From positions 13,578,001 to 13,642,000 of the forward strand of contig OZ176050.1 in NCBI GenBank assembly GCA_964247055.1: a stretch of DNA of 64,000 nt, in the 5' to 3' direction. The notes beneath the pieces are model-generated. The model had not been told where the DNA came from and searched no databases. It saw nothing but the letters and a program-made list of their open reading frames with translations. The DNA comes from Paragordius varius. Lineage: Eukaryota > Animalia > Nematomorpha. This document shows, one piece after another, positions 1-12,405 of the stretch; the stretch's first letter is position 1; each line of letters opens with the position of its first letter. A program made the translations under genes and the position numbers.

Positions 1-584
1 AAAAACTATGTAGATTGTGATATTTTTTTTGGAATTGTTATTACCATTTAAATTGGTTAATAACCTCTTGAACCCAAACTGCGATATCAAAAAATTCTTT
101 TCTAATATTTTTTTCTTTAATTTTAATATGTCGCGTTACCCCTATAGTTATGGTATTCTAACGAACATTATGATATAAATTAATATAGTGCTATAAACAC
201 TCAAAACATATATATATATAAAACGGAATTTCTTAAAAGTTACACCAAATTTGTAGATTTAATTAATAAACATGGTAAGAACATTTAAATCAGGCATGCT
301 AACATAAATGGCTTCACGGGTCGCATTTTTGGGTGAAAAAATCTGATAAACTATAGGTTATTTTAACGATTTTTCCTTGTTCATTGCCAAAATTTGAATA
401 ATTCATGAAATTGTTTGAAAAAAAATTTATTTTGCCCATTTGTCATATTTTATGTATAATTATCTCGCGGGCACCAGAAATATGTGTCAACTCCCCTTTG
501 ATTTGAATAAAAAAATCACATATACACTTTAATACGAATAACATTTTTATCGTTACATTACATATAATACATTATATGTTATAG

Positions 585-1223
585 GTTGCTCGAGTTTCTT
601 CGGGTGTTATAAAACCTCCACCTTTTACAGTATTTCCCATCGAAAAGGCAGGCGAAGCTGTGCGAAGACTTTCACAAGGTAGTAAATATATAGTAAAAGT
701 TATTTTTAATTATATTTACAGGAAAGATTTAAAAAAGGCTTGAGAAAATTAAAAGGCCAAATTTTTTTGCATGAAAAAAGCTGTTAAAAACTAGAATTTT
801 TTTATTTTTTTATTAGTTAACTAATATTTTTAACAAACAATTAGAGGTGGAATCGAATTTTAGCCTTAACCTATATTTCAAAGTTTAATAAATAATTTCT
901 ATAAATATCCAGGTTTTATGTTTACTTTCTACAAAATGAATAAAATTAAATTTTATTAATTGAGGAGATTTTTTAACGCTTATTTTTGTCAATTTTCCCA
1001 TATTTTTTATTTTTCGCTGCGAAAAATTATGTTTACACAAATCTTTAAATTTTAATTAACCACCCTAAAATGTGAAAATTAATTTTTTATCCATATTATA
1101 GGCGACATTCGTGGTCGCGCAGTTCTGAAATTGACACCCAGTTCCTCAGCCGTTGAAATGCAATCCTGGAGAGCTAATCAAGAAAATCAACAGAATACTC
1201 AAAACTCAACCAAAAATCCTTGA
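585..1223 (+). CDS. 3' end (last two exons) of a medium-chain dehydrogenase/reductase (zinc-type alcohol dehydrogenase-like) gene; 5' part lies upstream of the window
   Basis: Exons 585-678 and 1102-1223 with AG/GT edges and matching phase give VARVSSGVIKPPPFTVFPIEKAGEAVRRLSQGDIRGRAVLKLTPSSSAVEMQSWRANQENQQNTQNSTKNP*. The 'FPIEKAGEA..L..G.IRGRAVL' pattern is the typical MDR/ADH C-terminus. Subfamily not determinable. Confidence 0.7.
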
Positions 1224-1905
1224 TTTTTTTCGGAATTTACAAATTATAAACTTAATTGACCCGCTTTGTGTTTGCCTTAAACAATTTTTAAACTATTTAA
1301 AAGCGAAAATTTTTTTAACAACTATACGAAAAAAAGATATGTTACTTATTTATATTTATTAGTATAATAATTTTTATTTATTTAATTCAATATATATTTA
1401 TAGTCATATATATATAGTGGTAAAACGCAAAATACTCGCATAGAAAAAAATAGTATATAATACTCAAACTTGTCATAAAGAGAAAAAAACATTTTTAGTA
1501 AATTATGTCATGATAAAATTCTTATAATCTCTATAAACCTATACTCATATTGTATGGTTGCAATATTTACTATATATATATATATTTACACGCAAATATG
1601 TTTTTATTTAGTTTATTTTAAAGGATTATTACCACTTTTTTATAATTAAAATATAGTTAGATTTTTACAAAAATTATTGTATATACATATATCTTAACTT
1701 AGCAAATTGCTGTGTCTCGTTTATATTTATAGCGACGCGCCTATGTATGTAGTATTTAATAACATTATATATAGATATTGTATTGATCACAAAATTACAT
1801 AGTGTTGAAATAAATAAATTATTAGTTTTATTGCTATATATATTTAAATTCTCTTATTTAAATTAATTGGTTTCAGAAAGTGATTGCTCTTTTGATAATT
1901 GTTTT

Positions 1906-2196
1906 TACAGTAAAAACTTAAATTATATGGACAAAATGTAAAAATATAAAAACAATTATTTTTCAAAAGACAACCCTACTTTTTTAAACCTGATTTTATC
2001 CTATAAAAACATTTAATTACAATTCTAAAATACATAATTGATTCTGTTACCAATTTACATTTTACTTTGAAGTTAAAAACAATGAGTTATATTTAAAAAA
2101 ATTAAGATTAAAAAAGTATGGTTGTCTTTTAGAAAAAAATATTTGTCTTTATATTTTCACGTTTTGTCCGTATAGTTTCAATTTTTACTATTGTAC
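1906..2196. mobile_element. MITE family B (Tc1/pogo-like, TA|CAGTAAAAA..AAATTATACGGACAAAACGTAAAAATATAAAGACAAATA)
   Basis: About 90-bp TIRs in TA context. Further copies at about 3625-3909, 4168-4450, 6741-6951, 15184-15462, 26520-26790, 36255-36522, 57822-58102 and 61755-62041. Confidence 0.9.
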
Positions 2197-3033
2197 AATA
2201 AACGAACGGTTAAAATGGACATCTTGTGTATTTGCATTTATAATCGACAAATACTTTTTAGACGGTTTCCAATATTTTTAACTCCAGACAAAATTTTCTA
2301 TTAGATCTCCTCTAAAATTTTACTATTAATATGATTTTCGTTTCATTTAACCCATCAACATTCCTGATTCTTTCTTTTATCTAGTTTTTTGCACATAAGA
2401 ATTTCAAACTATCGATAATAAGGTATGATATATTACAGTTATTTTTATACAACTAAAGAGATCTCAAACAAATTTATTAAATTTTAAAAAAATATCAAAT
2501 TATGATTGTCGTTTTTCCAGGCTAACGCTTATCACAATACCAAATAATTTAAATTTATAAAAACGGCGATGCAACTTATTACTTTTAATTTTAGCATTTC
2601 AAATCTCCATAGCCTAAACGCCGCTTCAATAAAAATAAATGGTAAATTAATTTTGATTTTTAGGGCAAAATTCTACAAAAGTTAGGCATATTCTTTGCGT
2701 ATAAATTTTAGCCACCACACTTAATGTAAAAACTTAGATGGTAAAACAAATGTGGATTGCAAAAATACGGTTAAAACCTAAATTAGTTTATATAAAAACA
2801 AAAATATTTTTGTTGTTAAAAACATCCACAAAACTAAACTCATTAATATTAATAAAATACTTAATAAATATTACAAATTTTACTAAAAGAAATTACATCA
2901 CAAATTTATTATTACACTATATAAATGTGAATATGTATATAATCAACATTATATGTAAAATGCAAAATTATAATATATATGCATATGTATACTGAAAAAA
3001 ATGATCAAAAAAAGTATTTATAGAAAAATAATT

Positions 3034-6000
3034 TTAATTTTCCATGTAATTGGGATTTTTCTTGAGAACGACGAATCCTTCCAAATAAGGCGTCAAACTG
3101 ACATATTCTTCAGTTGCCAGTTCAGCCCTTTCTCCATAACCCAAAAGAACTGGAGTCGTGTAAGTTTGAAATCCAGTTATAGTTTTAGGTTTACCAGCTT
3201 GACCAACCACATCAACTGCCTTTTTTTATAATAAATTAAATTAGGTAGAAATGACATATACCATTTACAGTTCAAATTCACCCTTAAACAATTCAAATTC
3301 ACCCTCCAACAAATCAAATTCACCCTTGAACAATTCAAATTCACCCTTAAACAATTCAAATTCACCCTAAAAATAAATTATGTGTTTTGACCTAATATAA
3401 CTCATTATTAATATGAAATATATGTTTATGGTATAGTTTATTATTTTTTCAGTACTATTTTAATTTAAAACAAAATTTTTATTTTTTAAAAATATATAAA
3501 ATATAGGTAATATTTAATCTTAAAAAACATATAATTTATTTGAGGGTGAATTTGAATTGTTCAAGGGTGATTTTGAATTGTTTAAGGGTGAAATTGAATT
3601 GTAAATGACATATTTACAGTCTAAGAAAGAATCGAAATTATACACAGACAAAACGTGAAAATTTAAAGAAGACAAATATTTTTTTTTTCAACATAGACTA
3701 GCTTCCTTTTTAAATCTTGATTTTTTTAAACTACAAATTATAATATAGAAATGTAAATTGGTAAAACAATCAATTGTGTATTATACGATTGTAATTAAAT
3801 GTTTTTTAATTGGGTAATTGGGTTTAAAAAAGTGTAATTGTCTTTTGAAAAAAAAAACATTGTCTTTATATTTTTACATTTTGTCCGTATAATTACAATT
3901 CTTACTGTACAATATTTTTTTTATAACGATGAATTCATACTTTTAAAGTCAATTGAGAGATAATAGACAAAATATTCATTTATTATTGGAAATATTGCGA
4001 AATTCATACATTATATAGAAAAAGTAATAGAAATATGTTATAAAACTATAAATTAATTAATATTTTGAGTTTAATCCTAAAACAACTTAAGTTTACAGTC
4101 GTAAATAACGAATAAAAAGCCATATTATTTACCAAGCCAATTATCTAATATCTCATGATACCAACATACAGTAAAAACTTAAATTATACGGATAAAAAGT
4201 AAAAATATAAAGACAAATATTTTTTTCTAAAAGACAACCATACTTTTACAAACCCTAATTTTTCTCCATTAGATTATATAACTACAATTGTAAAATTGAT
4301 TATGTAACCAATATATAAATATACATATCAATTTTATATTTTGCAATTTAAAAAAATATACGTTAATTTAAAAAAGTATGATGGTGTTGTCTATAGAAAA
4401 AAACATTTGTCTATATATTTTTAAGTTTTGTCCGTATAATTTCATTTTATAAAGAATATTTCAAGGCTAAAAAGTATTTAAATACATGTCCCACGCGGAC
4501 CGAAATAGAAAGGGGATTAAGGTTAGGATCAAATGTGATTAAGAATCGTGGTCTGAGTGCCGCAGTTAAATAGTACATAAGATAGTGTCCTTTGCCGAGT
4601 ATAGCTAAAGAAAATAAATGTGCATTATTTAAACTTGCTTGTGATTATTTCCATTTGTTTAGGATTAAATTTTATTTTTACTTTATATTTTAAATTTTAG
4701 TTTATATCTTAATTTATATTTTTTTACGTTTGACTAAGATTACTAGTAGAAATCGAAAATTTACAAAAAAATTCATATAATTTTAGTTATAATTGCGATA
4801 TAATATACGTTTTATTTTTTCTGTTAAAAGAGGTTTATTTTCACATATTAACATTTTTATACAAAATGAACATTTTTTAAGTTATGTATACACATTTAAA
4901 AGCATTTTATAGTATAACAACCCATTTTTAACATATAAAACAAGACTTTACCACAAGTATGTGATGTCTATAAATAAAAAATATAGCTTCTTTCTAAATG
5001 AAAAAAGTTGCCTATACTCAAAAAAAATAAACCCTTTAAATTTTAAACCACATCTAAATTTTTGCAAGGTACCTTATAAATTTACAAAATATTACAAAAA
5101 ATAAACCCATTAAATTACAAACTACATCTAAAACATTTTTGCAAAGTACCTTATAAATTACAAAAGTTTACATAATAAACCCTTTAAATTACAAACCACA
5201 TCTAAAACACTTTTGCCAAGTACCTTATAAATTTACAAAAGTTTACAAATGAAACTCCTTACTATTTTTGGCATCCAACATGGCTATGAGAACAATCAAA
5301 ATACCAGCTAAACTAACCGGGCGAGCCAACAATCGATCACAATGAAATGGATTTAGCGTTAATGTCCCTTTGCCAGCATGCACAAGGGCTTGGGCTAATC
5401 TTACGACAAATGAATGGTTATTTCCACTATTCCCGCCTGATGGATCTTTCACATAAAATTGTGCAAGGTTACGGAGCATTGCAGCTATCCTTGCATTATT
5501 TGTCCCTATTATTTATTAAGCATACAGTAAAATTGAAATTAAACTATGGATAATATTTAAAATATTCTTGCGTTATTTATTCAAGTTTTAACATAAAGTA
5601 AAAATGAAATTATACGGACAAAACTTAAATATATAATATCCATGCATTATTTGTCCCTATTACTTATTCAGTTTTAACGTGCAGTAAAAATTAGAATTAT
5701 TTGAACAAAACTTAAATATGTAATATCTTTGCATTATTTGTACAGTAAAAATTTAATCAGGGTACAGTAAAATTTGAAATTATACGGACAAAACGTAAAT
5801 ATATAATATCATGCATTATTTGTCCCATTTATTTATTCGTACAGTTTTAACATACAGTAAAAATTGAAATTATACGGACAAAGGGTAAATATATAATATC
5901 CATGCATTATTTGTCCCTGTTTCTTTATTTATTCAGATTTAAGGCATGTAAAAACTGAAATTATAAACGTAAATTGTTTTTTTAGTTTCATATCTCATTA

Positions 6001-9000
6001 AATATTTTTACTTTATACTTTAAATTTTAGTTTATATTTTTTACGTTTGACAAAGATTACTTGTAGTATATAATAAATTTATATAATTTTAGCTAAATTA
6101 TAATTGCATATATAATAAAACAATCACACTTCAGCGTAAACAATATCCAATATAATTTCCTTGCATTATTTGTGCCTGTTTATTTATTTATTCGTACAGT
6201 TTTAACGCGTACAATAAAAATTGAAATTAAACTATGGACAAAACGTAAATATATAAAGACAAATATTATTTGTCCCTATTTATTCAGCATACAGTAAAAT
6301 TTGAAATTATACTATGGACAAAACGTAAATATATAATACCCCTGCATTATTTAGTCAGTATTAACGTGCAGTAAAAACGAAAATTTTAAGGAAAAAACGT
6401 AAATATATAACATCCTTGATTATTTGTCCCTGTTGATTATTTATTTATTCATTCAGTTTTAACGTCTACAATAAAAATTGAAATTAAACTATGGACAAAA
6501 CGTAAATATATTATATACTTGCATTATTTGTCCCTATTTATTCAGCATACAGTAAAATTGAAATTTAACTATGGACAAAACGTAAATCTATAATATCCTT
6601 GCATTATTTGTCCCTGTTTATTTATTTATTCATTCAATTTTAATGTGCAGTAAAAATTGGAATTATATGGACAAAACGTAAATATAATATATACTTGCAT
6701 TATTTGTCCCTATTATTTATTTATTCAAAGTTTTAACGTGTACAATAAAAATTAAAATTTAACTATGGACAAAACGTAAAAATATAAAGATAAATATATT
6801 ATTTTCTAAAAACCATACTATTTAAATCTTGATTTTCTTTAGTTATAACTCAGTATTTAAAAATGGAAAAAAAATATGATGGTTGTCTATTAAAAAATAT
6901 CTGTTCTTTACATTTTTAAATATTGTCCGTATAATTTGTATTTTTACTGTATATGTGCATATATATATATATACATAAAACCCCCTTTCAACCTAATAAT
7001 ACCCAAAATAGTGGGTACATAACTCATGATCTGCATTCCGACCATTATTTAATATTCATTATAATTAAATCTTATTTATTGGCAAAAAAACCCACACTCT
7101 ATGGGAAGATACAGTCAACTTTTATCGATCAAAAGATCTAATTAGAGAGTCGGAAAACAAAAAGATCATATAAACTGATTGGTGTCTACGCTGTTTATTT
7201 CAAGAATCCACTGTGTGTTCTAGCGGATAATTAAAAAATTCAAACTCTTTTAGGATAGAAGTAAAAAATGTGCTTAACATAATATACCATATACAAAATT
7301 CACCTTCGAATAATTCAATTTCACCCTTGAACAATTCAAATTCACCCCAAAAGATTTCTTTTTTTAAAATAAAATAGGAATTTTAATCATAAAAAACATA
7401 TAATATTTTTAGAATGAATTTGAATAGTTCGAGGTGAATTTGAATTATTTTAGAGTGTAAATGGTATATAAACTTAATTCATGAGCATTAAATCGATCTT
7501 TATACGTTATATGGCCCTATATTTTTTAATAAAACAATTAAATTAAAATTCTTTTTTAGTTAATAAAAAAATTACATATAAAATAAATTTGTATGCAGTA
7601 AGAAACATACATAAAATAAATTCGATACCATATATTAATCAAATATAGAATATCAAATGGCTTAAATTGAAAAGTAAAATATGGTAAACTATATAAAATT
7701 TTAAAAGGTGGTACTTATATAAAATTTTGACAAATATACATTAAAGTGATAAAAGAAAATTAAATAGAAAATTAATTGAAAACTATATTTATGAAATTAT
7801 AAATGATATGTGAAAAACCCCAATAATAATCGCAGACTAGTTTCGTGCTTGTCATCAATATGAAAACCCCAAGTAGTCAAATAGTTGTGTCGTACTGATG
7901 AGTTCTAACAAGTACCAAACTAGTCTGCGATTACTATAGACGACGAAAGGCTTTCACATATCATTTATAATTTCAGTTTAAAATATAATTTTCAATTAAT
8001 TTTCGATTTAACAGCTGTTATTCCAAACTTTCTTTAATATTTATGCACAAAAACAGTTTTTCAATTCCCAAAATATTCTTACCGGCTCCCACGATTCCCA
8101 AAGCAAAAATGGAATTATAAGCAACTTCCGAATCAGAATCATGAGAGAATTTGCCAAGCGTGTCAACGATATTCAAGTTGCTTGGATTCGATATAGATGT
8201 TAATGCTAAGGCCAGCGGGACGGCTCTTCGAATCACAGGTTCCCCGTATCTTAACTAAAGTTAAAAAGCGGATAAAATAAAAATTGTAGAAACATAAAAA
8301 GATTTTTTAAATTCTTGAATTTTTTGCTTACAAAAAAAACCTATAAAATTATTCTTGCAGAATAAGGAATACTAAATACCGTCCTTTATTTTTTACATAT
8401 TAATATCTGCAGATTATTAATCAATTATTCTATGAATGTTTTTTGCTTACAAAAAAATCCTACATTTTAAATCTTAATTTTTATTGCAGAAAAAGGAATA
8501 CTATAAATACCGTTTTTTATTTTTTACATATTAATATCTGCAGATTATTAATCAATTATTCTATGAATGAAAACTCATTTCAAGTTTAATTTTTTAATTA
8601 AAATCATATATTTTAAAACCTAAACTTTTTCAGGAATAAGGAACACTATAAATGCCGTCCTTCATTTTTTTCTCGATATTAATTAATAGCTGCAGATTAT
8701 TAATCAAATTTTTCTATAAATAAAAACTCGTTTTCAAAATTTTAATTCATTGTTTTGACTTAATGATAGAATACAGATATTATAATATTTAAAAAAGTAA
8801 ATTTATGTTCGCTATTTAAAAATTAGTAAACTTTAAATTTGTTTTATAATCCATCATATGTGCGATCCTTATTTTGTGGATAGGACATATATATGTATGT
8901 AAAATCAGCAATAATCGATCTTAACTTAATGTAAATTTTCATTTACTACGAATAAACTTTATTGATTGTCAAAATGATTTCCATGTAATATAGAGTTCCA

Positions 9001-9554
9001 TATATATATATATATATATATCACAATCGTATATCCTTATTGCATAGACATAATAAAATGATCAAAAACAAGATTTAGTATAAAATAAGTCTCAGTTTTT
9101 TAAATTTTCAAGTTAAAAGCGCTTTTAGTTTAAAATCTTTTTAAATACGCCTTATATTTTATAATCTTTCAGATGGTGCTTTACCAAATGTCCAAAGGTT
9201 CGATAACTCATGGCACATCCAATCTCCTCACCCATAGCTATAAGAGCAATTCCTATAACAGCTAACCCTTGTTGAGCTGATAAATCTTCATAAGCTGAAC
9301 TAGTTTGGGATTGTTCTTCTAATGCAGTAGTTGGTTTCGTGCTTGTTTCTTCTATATATGTTAATTTTGGAAATTTTTGTTTTTTAAGTGTACTTTTTTT
9401 AAAATTTTAATCAACCGTTTTATAATGATTATAAAATTGCTCATATTTTACTAATGTAATTGAAAAAAAACATCAACTACAATTTGGGTCATAAGGAGTT
9501 TTTAATCTTAAAATGACTTTTTTATTTAATAAAGGATAAAGTCATTTCAAAAAA

Positions 9555-9591
<37 letters not shown>

Positions 9592-12359
9592 AATCAAAAA
9601 TTTAATGTTTTTAGGCTCAATGGAATATATTAATATAATGAATAAAGTTTAACATAATAAATTATAGAATGACATTTTTTTTAATTAGGGATAAGTCATT
9701 TCAAAAAGGCATATATATATTTTAGGAACCAACAAGGAAAAATATTTTTAAGTGACTCGCCATCAATTAATATAACAAAAATGGTTAAACATAATAAATT
9801 ATAAAATGATATATGAATTAATAGCTAAATATTATGTAATCCTTTATAACAGATCCAAAAATACTATTTTTATCTATCAAATCAATACCACTGATTTATA
9901 AGGTATCTAAGTTTTAAAAACCTGAGGTAGCCGATGATGTGCTAGGTTTATCCGATTCTTTCTCTTTTTTCTTCAATTCCTCTTTCTTACGAACCAATTT
10001 TTCCAACTCCTTTTCAAGACGGTCTTGTTCTATAAAATACATGAATTAATATATAGTATCACTGTTTTATTTAATTTTTAATAATTAATAATATATATTT
10101 TTTTTACAAATATGATATATAATTATTATTCTCCGCATAATATAATTAAAAAACTTATATCAATAAAAATTAAGAATATTTAAATATAACCCCCTAACTA
10201 AAAAATAAGCCTTTTACCATTTATAAGCCTACATATAAAAATACTAAAAAGATGAAAAAAAAACATTTACGCAAAAACATTTTAAAAAATTTAACTACAT
10301 AAATAGAAGTCATTTAAGTTATCTAGTAGTATATTATTTGACAAAAAAAGTTTCGTTATAACCTATGCCCAGAAACATGGTCTTTATTAAAAACAAATAA
10401 ATAATTTTCCACACTGGATCCAAATTATTTAAGATGAAATTGCACACATTTTAACTTAGTCAAAACTTTATTCAAAGTTATTAAGAGAAAGCTTCGTTTA
10501 CAATGGGGAGCATAACCCTGTTAAGACATGCATATTGTTAAAATCATCCAAATATTAATATATATTATGTCAAATCCGTTAAAGACTATACTACATAGTT
10601 AAACAATACATTAAAAAGCAATACAACTGATAAAAATTATTAGCAAAAAAATGCTTTTTCACCAATCATTTTCTAAAATTATCATCCTTATAAGAATTAT
10701 TGCTATTTATTATGAAATTTGAAAATTTAATCTCATTATTATATATCCAGTATTCAAAAACCATTTGCAACTTACCAGTTTGAAAAGCTGACACTCCACC
10801 ATCAGCTGTTAGGATCCCAGCTTCAGAACCTTGAGAAACCACAAAAGTTTTATCATTGAGGCCGTGGTCCAGTTCGAATACAGCTCCAGAATCGGGATCT
10901 CTTTCCCCAGCAGAACTCTCCTCCTTTTTATCGGATTGGCGGATAGTTTTTTCGGGTGCTAAAGTGAAGGGTTGTTGGTAAATACGGGAAAAATTAAAGT
11001 TATAAAGACAAAAACTTTACAACAAATACATTTTTTGTTTGTTTCATTCGATCTAGATTTTAGAGATTTAACTATATATTTCTTGGTACCACCATTTGAA
11101 TTATATAGAAAAAATCAGGAATCAAAAAGTACGGGTGTATTTATATGGAAAATAATTGTTTTTTAGTTTTTTCGGGTGCTAAAATAAAGTGTGTTGGTGG
11201 TAAATAATACGGAAAAATTTAAGTTATAAAGATAAAAACTTTACAACAAATAGTTTGTTTAAAAGACAGTCATTAGTGTTTTGAAATTTAGATTTTTTTA
11301 ACAATATAACACCTATCTTTATGTTGCAAAATACGGCAGTAATATATAGTAAGATATTCAACTATATATTCTTGATTTAAACATTTAGGTAAATATAAAA
11401 AACAGGGTTTAAAAAAGTATGGGTGTCTTTAAAAAAAAATTATTTTTTTTGGGTGCTAAAGTGAAGTGTATTGTTGGTAAATAAAGTAAAAATTAAGTTA
11501 TAAAGACAAAAACTTTACAACAAAAATACATATTTTTTATTTGTTTCATTCGATCTATATTTTTAATATAACTTATCTCTGTTTTCCAAAATAAAGCAGT
11601 GATAGAAATTAGTAAGAGATTCAACTATATATTTCTTAATTGTAAAAATTTAGGTAAAATAAAAAAAATCAAGGTTTAATTGTTTTTTAGTTTTTTTCGG
11701 GTTCTAAAGTGAAGTGTGTTGTTGGTAATTACGGGAAAAATTAAACATGTAAAGACAAAAACTTTACAACAATTACTTTTTTCATTCTGTTTGTATTATT
11801 AAAGACAGTCATTGGTGTTTTAAAATCTGGATTTTTTGAAAATATAACACCTATCTTTGTGTTGCAAAATAAGGCAGTGATATAAATTGGTAAAAAATTA
11901 AACTACGTATTTCTCGATTTAAACATTTAGGTTAAATAGAACAAATCAGGGTTTAAAAAAGTATGGGTGTCTTTATCGAATTTGCTAGATTTTTCTGGTG
12001 CTAAAGTTAAGTGTTGTTGGTATATAGTACAGAATAAATTAAAGTTATAAAGACAAAAACTTTACAACAATTACATTATTATGTTTGTTTAAAGACAGTC
12101 AGTAGTCTTTTAGCTAGATTTAAAATATAACCCCTATCTTTGTGTTGCAAAATAAGATATATTTGATATTAGATTCAACTATATATTTCTTGCTTAAACC
12201 ATTTAGGTTATTTAGAAAAAATCAGGGTTCAAAAGTATGGTATATAAAAATTAGTTTTTACGAGTATTAAGCGCGTTTCCATACATTAATCACATTTTAA
12301 TAAATTTTAATAAAATGCACACTATGTTAATTCTGTTGGACACAAATAGTATGCTGAAT

Positions 12360-12405
<46 letters not shown>

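Noticed and set aside
1153-3231. Plus-strand ORFs 1153-1362, 2738-2995 and 3001-3231
   Set aside because: Off-frame or antisense shadows of real exons, or AT-rich noise.
5486-6800. CRISPR-like repeat/spacer appearance of the intron-20 array
   Set aside because: Eukaryotic intron context; units are homologous along their whole length, explained by exon plus MITE sequence; no cas genes.
6980-7075. Possible LINE endonuclease relic ([16 protein letters not shown])
   Set aside because: Only one short motif with no supporting flanks; too weak to call.
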